Notes: a model not told the origin generated them from the sequence alone. 25,861 nucleotides of DNA from Verrucomicrobiota bacterium (GCA_039815375.1 JBCBZJ010000034.1:1-25861), one strand, 5' to 3'. Shown: positions 9,012 to 19,172, numbered from the stretch's first letter. Numbers and translations are program-made.

Positions 9012-9049
9012 TACAAAGAAGCCCCGAAACAATCTGAATTCCGGGGCTT
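9012..9049 (-). terminator. Probable intrinsic terminator after the sigma-like gene
   Basis: Minus strand AAGCCCCGGAAT-TCAGATT-GTTTCGGGGCTT, 12-bp stem with two G.U pairs that form only on the minus strand, followed by CTTTGT (weak U tract). Confidence 0.55.
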
Positions 9050-9079
9050 AGTATAGCATTGGGACTGGTAGTTGCCAAA

Positions 9080-9820
9080 CTATCTGGCTGACTTGAAATA
9101 CAATTTTAATTTACCCTTCAGCGTGTTTTTTGCACGGCTTATTGCCTTCTTCGTCTCCGACTTTTCTGCCGGAGTTCCGAGGTGCTTTAATGGCGTGACA
9201 GCGCGAATTTCCTCTTTCGTCATCTCATCGTAAAACAGGTCAAGATCAATGCGCCAAACGCGAACCTCTTTATTTTTCGAATCTTCGGCTTCATAAATAA
9301 GATAATCAGCACGATCAACTACCCGAATAAAAATCCGCTCAAGCTCTGACAACGCAGAACATGAACGATTCATCACACTTGCAACTTCGCGCTCTCCTAC
9401 AACACGACGCAGTGCTTTCATGAAAGAAACATCAACAACGATTTCATCGCTATCGACTAGAGTTTCCCGGCCTACCCTCTTTCCGTATTTGATGGTAGCC
9501 CACCTGAGCTGATTACGAACACGGAACGTTAAAACTTTATCCAGAGAACCATGATCATTGATGTCTTTAGCTGTAACTCGCCCCAAAACAGGACGAAGCC
9601 CTCGCTTGATAAGTTTTGCCCGAAAATTACTATAGATTTCCTCGCGGTCCTGAAAATTGAGGCTGGGCCAGACGCAATAAATGTATGGAAGCCACAAGTC
9701 ATCTTTGACCACTTCCATGCACTCTAAAATGAAACGACCTGGTTCTTTAGGTTCATTACCGTATGGGATTTCATCATGAAAGCTTACAATATTATTTGTA
9801 GATGTATTACTTGGTTTCAT
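9080..9820 (-). CDS. Divergent ECF/sigma-70-family sigma factor-like protein
   Basis: Region 2-like QDREEIYSNFRAKLIK and TFRVRNQLRWATIKYGKR; region 4-like SALSELERIFI and ETKKAISRAKNTLKGKL. Confidence 0.65.
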   Translation of the reverse strand: MKPSNTSTNNIVSFHDEIPYGNEPKEPGRFILECMEVVKDDLWLPYIYCVWPSLNFQDREEIYSNFRAKLIKRGLRPVLGRVTAKDINDHGSLDKVLTFRVRNQLRWATIKYGKRVGRETLVDSDEIVVDVSFMKALRRVVGEREVASVMNRSCSALSELERIFIRVVDRADYLIYEAEDSKNKEVRVWRIDLDLFYDEMTKEEIRAVTPLKHLGTPAEKSETKKAISRAKNTLKGKLKLYFKSAR

Positions 9821-9957
9821 AGGGATTCTAGTGAAGACGCCCTATGATGGCAGTGTAAATCGGGCCACTAGCCCACTCGCCGCACAAGTCTCCTGATTTG
9901 CCGGAAAACATTGCCAACTCTCCTGACAATTTACCTGATAGAGTTTTCGGCCTAAAT

Positions 9958-11109
9958 ATGGACAAAGAATTCCAAGAACCTGTAGCTGTAGGTGTAGCAC
10001 TGACTGCGGAATGCGGACTTGCCGCAGTTAGGATAGGATTTAAAGAAGCACTTAAGAACCGAGGTGAGGCCATCTATTTTAATAATGTGTCCTTTGGAGA
10101 GAACAACGCAGGGACGGCATTTGCAGCATTCGCACTTTTTGCCGTATACGCTAGGATTCTCAAAGCCAATGCTCTGCCACAGAACCAAGAAAAAACTATT
10201 ATTCTAAGCGGGCTTCGCCCTTCCCCCGCGTTCAGCCTAGCTGATGTTTTGCAGCCTAAAGAGACTCTTGGGAAGAAATGGATTCAGAAGCTTGTTAGTT
10301 TAGATATCGATAAAACAGACTCCGACAAAGAAGAAAAACAGAAGGAAGCGGCACGGCGCTTCAAGACGTTTATCGACGGAACCAAATCGAACCGAAGTAA
10401 CAGGCCAAGTAAGGTCTTCCTAAAGCAAAGTGGAGTGAAATTCTATGTCTATCTCTCGCCTGACGAAGAGAAAAAAGGTGATGAGAAATTCAGAAGCATC
10501 GTTCGTATGGAGAAAGATGACATTGAAGACTATCAATTGATAGCTTCAGCCAAGAAGATTGTGAAGCTTGTCGATTCATGGAGAGAATACACGCACCCCG
10601 AAAGGTTTAGTTCGATCGCGCCCTCACAAAAAAACTCACTAAACAAAGAGGCAAAAATTGAAAGAGTTGTCTCACAAAGACATCAGTTGATATTGAATGA
10701 ATCCACACGGGGCAATGCTCCGGTCGACCAACAAAGGATTCAAGATTTCGAAGATAAGTTTCACGACTTGGCTTTTAGGTACCCTGATATTTTTGGAGAA
10801 GATTTTGTCATTGATATTTTCGGGCGGCAGAAAGTTGGCAGGAGTGCAGCACTGAGTTCGACACAGAACTTCGAGCTTTTTAAATCAATTGCCGAAACCA
10901 AGTCCCAAATACTTCCAAAGTATTTACCGATTGAGGTTATTGTTGCCCTTTCAATTGCCCTTGGGATTAGTCCGTCCGAACTTATTGAATCAGGATCTCC
11001 AGAGCAAATAGAGATTCAAGCACTGGAAGAGAAACGCCTTCTTGAAACTAAAACTGGCAAAAAATGGTCATTCAAGAAAACACTTGATTACTTATTTAAA
11101 ATACGTTAG
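9958..11109 (+). CDS. Hypothetical protein with C-terminal XRE/Cro-C1-like HTH segment
   Basis: Long ORF (TTG 9898 or ATG 9958); IEVIVALSIALGISPSELI resembles XRE helices 4-5; divergent from the sigma-like gene. Confidence 0.55.
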   Translation: MDKEFQEPVAVGVALTAECGLAAVRIGFKEALKNRGEAIYFNNVSFGENNAGTAFAAFALFAVYARILKANALPQNQEKTIILSGLRPSPAFSLADVLQPKETLGKKWIQKLVSLDIDKTDSDKEEKQKEAARRFKTFIDGTKSNRSNRPSKVFLKQSGVKFYVYLSPDEEKKGDEKFRSIVRMEKDDIEDYQLIASAKKIVKLVDSWREYTHPERFSSIAPSQKNSLNKEAKIERVVSQRHQLILNESTRGNAPVDQQRIQDFEDKFHDLAFRYPDIFGEDFVIDIFGRQKVGRSAALSSTQNFELFKSIAETKSQILPKYLPIEVIVALSIALGISPSELIESGSPEQIEIQALEEKRLLETKTGKKWSFKKTLDYLFKIR

Positions 11110-11145
11110 TATATTTTTCATAATATTTATTTATGGAGACAGCAA

Positions 11146-11613
11146 TTGCCTAAACAGTTTTTTCCGGACTTTCCCAGAGCAGACAAACAAAGAGTTAGGT
11201 CACTTTCTGACGTGGCACGTATCATGCAAGAACTTCCATGGTCAACAGAGGAAGAACAGCTAGGAATGCTCATGCTTGATTTCAAACGTCATACATGCGC
11301 ACCGCTTCTTCTTGCCGAAGGGCGCGAGGCCATCATGAATGTTTCTTACGAAGACATGTTTAAACCAGTCTTTGAGTCTGATTCTGTTGGCATATTTTTA
11401 GGCCACAATTATCCAGAAAAAACAGGTAGGAAACATCTTACTAATGATGATTTGAGACTAGCCAATGCGGCTACAGCGGTGGGAAACATGATTGGCAGGC
11501 ACATGCTAGACTACCTGGCTCTACTTCCATCAAAGGAAATTTACCCCGAAGGCTATTGTTCAGCCAAGCAATATGCTTATCAGGAGTTCGATTGGAAACG
11601 TGATTTGTCCTAG
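11146..11613 (+). CDS. RadC-like JAB domain protein with degenerate metal site
   Basis: TTG start with GGAG 7 nt upstream; EEQLGMLMLD...EG...IFLGHNYP...TNDDL...VGNMIGRHMLDYL aligns with RadC E...LD...HNHPSG...PS..D...LDH. Confidence 0.8.
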   Translation: MPKQFFPDFPRADKQRVRSLSDVARIMQELPWSTEEEQLGMLMLDFKRHTCAPLLLAEGREAIMNVSYEDMFKPVFESDSVGIFLGHNYPEKTGRKHLTNDDLRLANAATAVGNMIGRHMLDYLALLPSKEIYPEGYCSAKQYAYQEFDWKRDLS

Positions 11614-11679
11614 GATGAACCATCCCACGGAAACCGCTGATCGCATGGTGGATTTCAATAAAAAAGTGGCATACACTTC

Positions 11680-13707
11680 TCATCCAATACTGTCGACACC
11701 TTCCAAAGGTAGTTCTAAAGGACTGAGTAAGTCTTCCTTGTCATTTAGGAACTCTTTCAATTCTTCCTCGAATATGCCTAAGCCAGGAACTCCTCCTCTT
11801 TTAATCATAACGTCTAAGCTTTCAGCAAGGTAAGCACTTCCTGTAATTAATAAAACCTCATCAGATTCAGGCACATCGAAAACCATAAATACCAACGATA
11901 TTGAAGAGTTAATGATCAAAGTGAACCTACCAAGCTCGTCATCAAAATAACGGTTTGATTTCAAAAATGACCAACCATCGCGATCCTTTGAAATCTCGGC
12001 CTGCATAAGTAGTTCACGATATGAATCAGGATGTCCCAATCGGTGCCTGTTTTCCTCAATTTTTTGTTTTATATTCTTAGCGCACAAAACGAATTTCAGC
12101 TTTTTCGATTCTGTTGTTGGTAATCCAAAATTGTGCTTAATCTCGCTGGCAAAGAGTTTAAGTAGGGGATCGCTTTGCATTGTTGCTTTTAAATCACCGA
12201 TGATGTTCATTTGAACTCCTCCACCTAATACCCAAACATCGGTGTTTGGCACATCATAAAGAGCGACCACACGATTCAGCTTATCAATTAGAAATGCATA
12301 TTCACCTAATCTCTTATCAACGTATGCTGAAGAAAATAGAATTCGGTTTCCGTCCCGCTCTACCATATATTGTACCTTATTGTATTCCTGCGGAAACCAG
12401 TTAGGTTCTGAGAAGCGTTGAACTTTTTTGTTCATTTGAGCATTAATCAACGGGTCTTTCACCAACCATTTATTTACGGATTCTATATACTCAAAAGAAG
12501 GCGTGACTGTACCATCTTCCGCAAGGACCTCTTTTATCGGTGGAGTTTCACTCGCTTCATCCCGTTTTTTTGGCTGCTCTGAAGCAATAGTTTCTTCTTC
12601 GACGATCCGAACAAGAGGCGGTGCTACATAGTGGTAGATGCTGTTCTTAGTCAAAGTCACCTTATCTACGAGGCTTTCGTATCCTTCTTTCTCCAGACGA
12701 ATCTCGACTGATTTGGCGCTATGCAAGCGGCTTAGTGTTAATGGAGCAATCCCTTCAAACTCTCCGTTAACATACACTCTAACCCCTTTGTCGCTAGAAC
12801 CAATCGTCAAACCACTGGTTGGTTGTTCCTGTGCCGGGACTGGCTCTGAAGCAGGCTTCACTAGGAAGCGATCCATAATAATGTAGGCCAATAAAACACT
12901 AACCATTACAGTGAATAAAACAGCGCGCCAGTGCACGATAAACTTAGAGCGAGGATACGGGACTTTGATAACGCCGCCCTCCGCTTTGTGATATGGCTGT
13001 TGATTGTATCCATATTTTTGAGCAACATCTTCCGTCAACTGGATTGCCTCAGAAACGGCGGCACCGACATTTCTTGCTCCGTTGTCGAAAGCAGAAACCA
13101 ATGCAGCCGTAAAAAAACCATGCTTTTTCTTATCAAATGGATAAGCAACCTCTCCTGATTTACATGCAGAAACCACAATAGCATTGGCTGTCTTACTTTC
13201 GACTGTCTTGGGGCGTGACAGCGTCAGCGCCATGGACTGAACAACACTACCAATCTGAACGCTTCTAAGTCCCCCTGTAGAACGTTTTTTCTCACGGCAG
13301 CAGTCCAAAACAACGAAACTACTCTGAACGTCATTCTTGGCTAATTGCTCTGTCAGATAGTTAACATTAATGGCAGTGCCTTCCAGGTCATCCTCGCGCG
13401 AGTCACTCGCCAGCAGGTAAGGCACGTCATTATCATCCTCGGCACCATGGCCCCAAAAGCCAAAAACCAAGAGATCGAGCTTCTTGGCATTCTTGATTTT
13501 TTCCAGATGCGGCTCCAAGCTCGTCAACCGACCATGCTCGTCACCTTTTTTAGCACATGCCGCTAAAATTATCTCCGTCTTATCATCGAAACCAAAGTGC
13601 CGTTGAAGCACCTCCGAAAAAGCTTCAGCATCGCGCTCCGCATAATGCGCGGGAGGGGTATTCCCCTCATATGCTTCAATCGCTATCAGTAATGCTAATT
13701 TTCTCAT
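11680..13707 (-). CDS. Caspase-family (C14, metacaspase-like) protease - TM - PEGA - duplicated unknown domain
   Basis: ATG 13707 (MRKLALLIAIEAY...AERDAEAF); FWGHG and VLDCCR catalytic dyad; SACKSGEVA and HGFFTAAL; TM AVLFTVMVSVLLAYII; PEGA pattern LTIGSS...VYVNG...APL...LEKEGY. Confidence 0.88.
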   Translation of the reverse strand: MRKLALLIAIEAYEGNTPPAHYAERDAEAFSEVLQRHFGFDDKTEIILAACAKKGDEHGRLTSLEPHLEKIKNAKKLDLLVFGFWGHGAEDDNDVPYLLASDSREDDLEGTAINVNYLTEQLAKNDVQSSFVVLDCCREKKRSTGGLRSVQIGSVVQSMALTLSRPKTVESKTANAIVVSACKSGEVAYPFDKKKHGFFTAALVSAFDNGARNVGAAVSEAIQLTEDVAQKYGYNQQPYHKAEGGVIKVPYPRSKFIVHWRAVLFTVMVSVLLAYIIMDRFLVKPASEPVPAQEQPTSGLTIGSSDKGVRVYVNGEFEGIAPLTLSRLHSAKSVEIRLEKEGYESLVDKVTLTKNSIYHYVAPPLVRIVEEETIASEQPKKRDEASETPPIKEVLAEDGTVTPSFEYIESVNKWLVKDPLINAQMNKKVQRFSEPNWFPQEYNKVQYMVERDGNRILFSSAYVDKRLGEYAFLIDKLNRVVALYDVPNTDVWVLGGGVQMNIIGDLKATMQSDPLLKLFASEIKHNFGLPTTESKKLKFVLCAKNIKQKIEENRHRLGHPDSYRELLMQAEISKDRDGWSFLKSNRYFDDELGRFTLIINSSISLVFMVFDVPESDEVLLITGSAYLAESLDVMIKRGGVPGLGIFEEELKEFLNDKEDLLSPLELPLEGVDSIG

Positions 13708-14032
13708 ATATCTGGAAATTACGTGCGGATAAAACGTGATAAAGTGATGGGAAACAACCAAGTGCCAATCCTAAAGGATAAACCTTGATGAGGCATCACC
13801 ACGTATGCGGGGGCCCATTCGGCTGGTTTGCCCGCGAGATTGATCGCTGGGCGATCCGGGCCGCTTCCGCTAAACCTGCGCTCTGCGCACGACCTCAACC
13901 CCGGCCAGTGCCTATATAAGAGGCATGGTCGAAAATTAGCAGATAAAGCACCCCTTATAGCCGTATTAACCTAATGAACGCTCATGAGAATACTTTTTAC
14001 TCGGGCATAAGCTAATTCCAAAAAAGAACATA

Positions 14033-14230
14033 ATGAAACAGCATACTAGCGAAGAATTGATCACAATCAGCGATGTCTCAAAAAGATTAAGGCTTTCTAC
14101 ACGCACTGTATATCGACTGATCGCTTCAGGGGAATTCCCACCACCGGTCAAAATTGGTAGCGCAACCCGCTTCTATAAGAATGATTTAAACACATACCTG
14201 AATCGACTCCGCGACGAGCGTCAGGTATAA
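14033..14230 (+). CDS. AlpA-family HTH protein / excisionase
   Basis: LITISDVSKRLRLSTRTVYRLIASGEFPPPVKIGSATRF; 15 nt upstream of the integrase. Confidence 0.9.
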   Translation: MKQHTSEELITISDVSKRLRLSTRTVYRLIASGEFPPPVKIGSATRFYKNDLNTYLNRLRDERQV

Positions 14231-14245
14231 GGAAGGTAGCATCCT

Positions 14246-15600
<1,355 letters not shown>

Positions 15601-15682
15601 TAAAACGAAGCGGGTATGAAGTGATTCGAGGTGAATCCTGTCAATATTTTGTCTGGAATTTTTTCAAACCTGTTTGATCGCC

Positions 15683-17323
15683 CTATTTCTTTGACCTGAC
15701 AGGCACCTTAAGAGACTGGGCCTCAAGGTTCCAGCGCGAAGAAAGCGCCGACTGCCCGACTGCGGCCGCCACCGGAGAGCCACCGGTCAAGAGGGCAATC
15801 TTTAGGTCTTTCGGGATCGCGCGTTCTCCCAAAAGTTTTTGGTAGATATCAAAGGCCATCTCAGATTCGCCGTTCTTATGCAGAAGATTGGCAATTCGGA
15901 GCGCGAGGATGTTCTCATCGCGACTAAAGCTGCTAATGTAGCGAATGAACTTCAGAACCTCGACCGCCTGCTGATTCTGACCTGATTGCTCGAAATATTT
16001 TGCAAGGCGAAAAGCGACAGCAAGCGATGGATACCGGATAAAAAACTGGCGTGCATAAGCCTCAGCTGCCTCAACGCCCTCGACGGCTTCCAATCGGTTC
16101 ATATTCCTCAGTCCCAGATATGCCGAAAATGGACTCTCAATGGACTCTTCCAATTGTTGTTCGAGCCCTTTTTTGAAGGGTCTGTAGAGTGGATCGCCAA
16201 CCGCAACTGTCTGCCAACTCAGGCTTGGATTACTTATACTGATCGCGTCACCAAAACTGCCTCCCTTGAGAAGATACTCTAAAAAGAAATGCGGACGCAC
16301 CGTAAACTCAAGATAGGGCTCATAGGTATAACCAAATGTGGCGCAGTAGCCCTGCGCGACTAATGCACCGATCCATCCTTTCGTTAACGAACGGACGGTT
16401 GGCGCGGAGAAGCTATGAAGATGATAACCGATCGCTCCCGGGGGCACCGACCAGAGCCGATCCCGCCAAGGACCATAGGCATTTGCACGATACCAACCCA
16501 CATAGATGGCAGGTGCGTCCAATCGCTGACCATAGCTGCGTAAACGCCTACTGCTTTCAAAGTCGGTATCGAAGAAAGCGGCCTTTGCCAGATCGCCTGC
16601 GGCATTAATCCACTCGTCACCTTTCTTGTGAGGGCCACCGCTATCGATGTAGGCGCGCCCCATAAGTCCCGTCTCTTCGGCTTCCAAAGTGCGATCAATC
16701 AATCCAATGACGTCATCTTTGCTTGGCCCATCTAATCGACTGATTTTGATAACCCGGTTTGCATCAGTATCAGAGACCGCCTTACCACCGAAAAAAGGAT
16801 TCGGCACGAAAGCCGTCATCGTGGTGTTCGGAGGGCCCGTCAGGAGAGCCAATTCGCTATCAACAGAGCCGCGGTTTATCTGAAATTCCTTCGGGATATT
16901 ATCCAAACCGGATTCGATAAGCTCCGGCTCGTTATTGAAACGCAAAGGCACTCCACGCACTGTCACCAGATAGCGGATACGATGCACTACAACTGAGAGC
17001 CGTTCACGCCCATAGGCATCCAACTGAGGACTCTTTACTGCACTGATCCATTCTCTTTCCAACAACTCATTTAGCAAAGGATTACTTATCGTCTCTACAT
17101 ATTCACGGATTCCAATTGTCTCCGCTTTCGGCATCTTAAGGCCGATGATGTTTTCAGAAGGTATGCCCCTTCGTTTCGCATAATAATCTCCTATTGCAAC
17201 AGATTCGGGATCGCTACTATTGACGAGGACTACCACTGATTCGGCATCTGGATCGCTACTCACCGCAGCGGACAAAGCTATCCCTTGAAATAGCAAAAGA
17301 ATAGAGAAAAAAACCAGTTTCAT
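15683..17323 (-). CDS. TIGR03790-family exported protein with TPR-like C-terminus
   Basis: Signal peptide; VLVNSSDPESVAIGDYYAKRRGIP, SVDSELALL, SRLDGPS, HLHSFSA, GYTYEPYL, LSWQTVAVGDPLYRPF. Confidence 0.85.
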   Translation of the reverse strand: MKLVFFSILLLFQGIALSAAVSSDPDAESVVVLVNSSDPESVAIGDYYAKRRGIPSENIIGLKMPKAETIGIREYVETISNPLLNELLEREWISAVKSPQLDAYGRERLSVVVHRIRYLVTVRGVPLRFNNEPELIESGLDNIPKEFQINRGSVDSELALLTGPPNTTMTAFVPNPFFGGKAVSDTDANRVIKISRLDGPSKDDVIGLIDRTLEAEETGLMGRAYIDSGGPHKKGDEWINAAGDLAKAAFFDTDFESSRRLRSYGQRLDAPAIYVGWYRANAYGPWRDRLWSVPPGAIGYHLHSFSAPTVRSLTKGWIGALVAQGYCATFGYTYEPYLEFTVRPHFFLEYLLKGGSFGDAISISNPSLSWQTVAVGDPLYRPFKKGLEQQLEESIESPFSAYLGLRNMNRLEAVEGVEAAEAYARQFFIRYPSLAVAFRLAKYFEQSGQNQQAVEVLKFIRYISSFSRDENILALRIANLLHKNGESEMAFDIYQKLLGERAIPKDLKIALLTGGSPVAAAVGQSALSSRWNLEAQSLKVPVRSKK

Positions 17324-18351
17324 TGAATACGTTGAAGGCGTTTGTGATACGTCAGGATGCCGTCCATTAAACTTTCTGCAAGATTTTGCCGATAGGCACT
17401 GCTACGTATCTTTCGGGCTGACTCCGAGTTGGAGATAAAGCCCAATTCAAGAAGGACACCTGGGCATTCGAGATGTTTCAAAACCAGAAATCGAGCTCGC
17501 TTCAGGCCACGATCCGGGCCGCCAAGTCGATCAGTCATGGCCCGCTGCATGTGATACCCAAGCAATGTGTTCCAAGGATCTTGGTCATTGCCAAGGTATC
17601 GAGTACTATCCCGTGGAGCAGGCTTGGTGAACTTAGAAGAGGCCTGATACTGCGGCGTGAGTGCGAAAGTCTCAAGACCCGAGGCAGCTTTATTTGTAGC
17701 CGCGTTGAAATGTATGCTAAGAAAAAGGTCCGCATTAGCTCGATTCGCGATTTGAGGCCGTCGTTCCAAAGGTATATAAACGTCACTATCGCGGGTCAGA
17801 ATCACGCGATACCCTGCTTGCGTAAGTAATGCCCTCAGACGCTTGGCAATATCCAGTGCTAGGCTCTTTTCCCTCAGTCCATAAAAATCATTACGAGCAC
17901 CACTGTCTTTTCCACCATGCCCCACATCGATGACAATTGTTCTAAGATCCGGAGGATCCGGGAACAGCTGAGGCGTCAAAATTGACTGTAGAACATGTTG
18001 GTAGTCTGTTTTTGACAGATACAGGCGGCCCTTGGATTCCAGAGTTGGAAAGCCAAGATAAACAGGTAGTCGATTTATATGAAGGATCTTTTTCCTCTTA
18101 CCGACATCAATGTTCGTCCACTTACTTCGAAGTCTGAAGGTATCATATCCCTCCAGCCAATACGCCTTCATTCCAAAGCGTGCACCAGCTGTAGCCAAAT
18201 CAATATAGGTCCTTCCCTCGTGCCTGACCTCAATCGTTTGTGCCTTTAGAGGGCTACCTCCAAACGCGGCTAGAATAAGAAGAAATAGACTTTGCAGCCT
18301 GAATGGAAAATCAAACGAAACAAGGAGTAGCTGGTTGCTAACAACCCGCAT
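17320..18351 (-). CDS. N-acetylmuramoyl-L-alanine amidase (Amidase_3)
   Basis: IVIDVGHGGKDSGA, EKSLALDIA, FLSIHFNA, VLLELGFISN. Confidence 0.93.
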   Translation of the reverse strand: MRVVSNQLLLVSFDFPFRLQSLFLLILAAFGGSPLKAQTIEVRHEGRTYIDLATAGARFGMKAYWLEGYDTFRLRSKWTNIDVGKRKKILHINRLPVYLGFPTLESKGRLYLSKTDYQHVLQSILTPQLFPDPPDLRTIVIDVGHGGKDSGARNDFYGLREKSLALDIAKRLRALLTQAGYRVILTRDSDVYIPLERRPQIANRANADLFLSIHFNAATNKAASGLETFALTPQYQASSKFTKPAPRDSTRYLGNDQDPWNTLLGYHMQRAMTDRLGGPDRGLKRARFLVLKHLECPGVLLELGFISNSESARKIRSSAYRQNLAESLMDGILTYHKRLQRIQ

Positions 18352-18359
18352 GACCTGAC

Positions 18360-18998
18360 TCAGGACTCGTCGTCGTGGTCCTCTACATCGTCGTCCTCAC
18401 TCTCGTCGAGTTCATGATCTGGCGCGTTGAACTTCAACTTGCGACGGCTCTCAGGGAGCGGGGAAAGTATCTGCGTCACCTGGCGGCCTACGAGCTTTGG
18501 TTCCGAGTCAGGTGCGGACACTCCGGTCAGCTCATCGGCAGCGAGTCGGACGCGCTCGACTCCGAGTTCCTTGTGCTCGTTTTCACGTCCGCGGAACTGG
18601 AGGGTCAACTTTACCTTGTTGCCATGGTCAAGAAAGCTCTCGGCACGTCGCAACTTGGTTTCGAAATCATGCTGGTCAATCGATACACGAAACTTCACTT
18701 CCTTGAGCTTCGTCGTATGGCTCTTGCTGTCTTTCTGCTTTTTGCTTTCCTCGTATTTGAATTTCCCGTAATCGAGGATACGACAGACCGGCGGGCGAGC
18801 AGTGGGTGAGACTTCGATCAGATCCAGCCCGACCTTCTTGGCTAAATCCAAAGCCTTGGCCGGGGGCATCACTCCCAAATTTGTCCCTTCCGGGCCAATT
18901 ACGCGTACTTCGGGCGCACGGATGCGATCATTTCTTCTCGGGCCTCGGGGCCCACGGTTGCGGTTAAACTTTCCGCGAGAGTTCGGATATTTAGGCAT
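18360..18998 (-). CDS. infC: Translation initiation factor IF-3
   Basis: [49 protein letters not shown]. Confidence 0.97.
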   Translation of the reverse strand: MPKYPNSRGKFNRNRGPRGPRRNDRIRAPEVRVIGPEGTNLGVMPPAKALDLAKKVGLDLIEVSPTARPPVCRILDYGKFKYEESKKQKDSKSHTTKLKEVKFRVSIDQHDFETKLRRAESFLDHGNKVKLTLQFRGRENEHKELGVERVRLAADELTGVSAPDSEPKLVGRQVTQILSPLPESRRKLKFNAPDHELDESEDDDVEDHDDES

Positions 18999-19108
18999 TA
19001 ATTAATAATAGGAGTATAAAATTCCCGAAGCTGGTTCAGCGATTCGCACCCAAAACAAAAGCCGAAGCCGCCAGATGCGGCCCCTCTTGGAAAGGCTAAT
19101 GTTGTCAT
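18998..19108 (-). other. Possible 36-aa leader ORF coupled to infC
   Basis: ATG 19108, [36 protein letters not shown]; its stop overlaps the infC start (TAATG). Confidence 0.3.
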
Positions 19109-19172
19109 TGTGTCAGTTGATAGACCATTCGGGAAAAGACATGTTTTACGAAAGCTTGCAGGCGTTTCAACT

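Noticed and set aside
13726..13797. CGGATAAA at 13726 and GGATAAA...GCAT near 13776 (plus)
   Set aside because: No second box at the 12-nt spacing.
16035..16056. CGGATAAA-N7-CGTGCAT inside the TIGR03790-like gene
   Set aside because: Wrong spacing, antisense within a host CDS; likely chance.
19022..19135. SRP RNA or 6S RNA call for the hairpin upstream of infC
   Set aside because: No SRP helix-8 CAGG-GNRA-AGCAG motif, and shorter than a typical 6S RNA; kept only as an unassigned structure.
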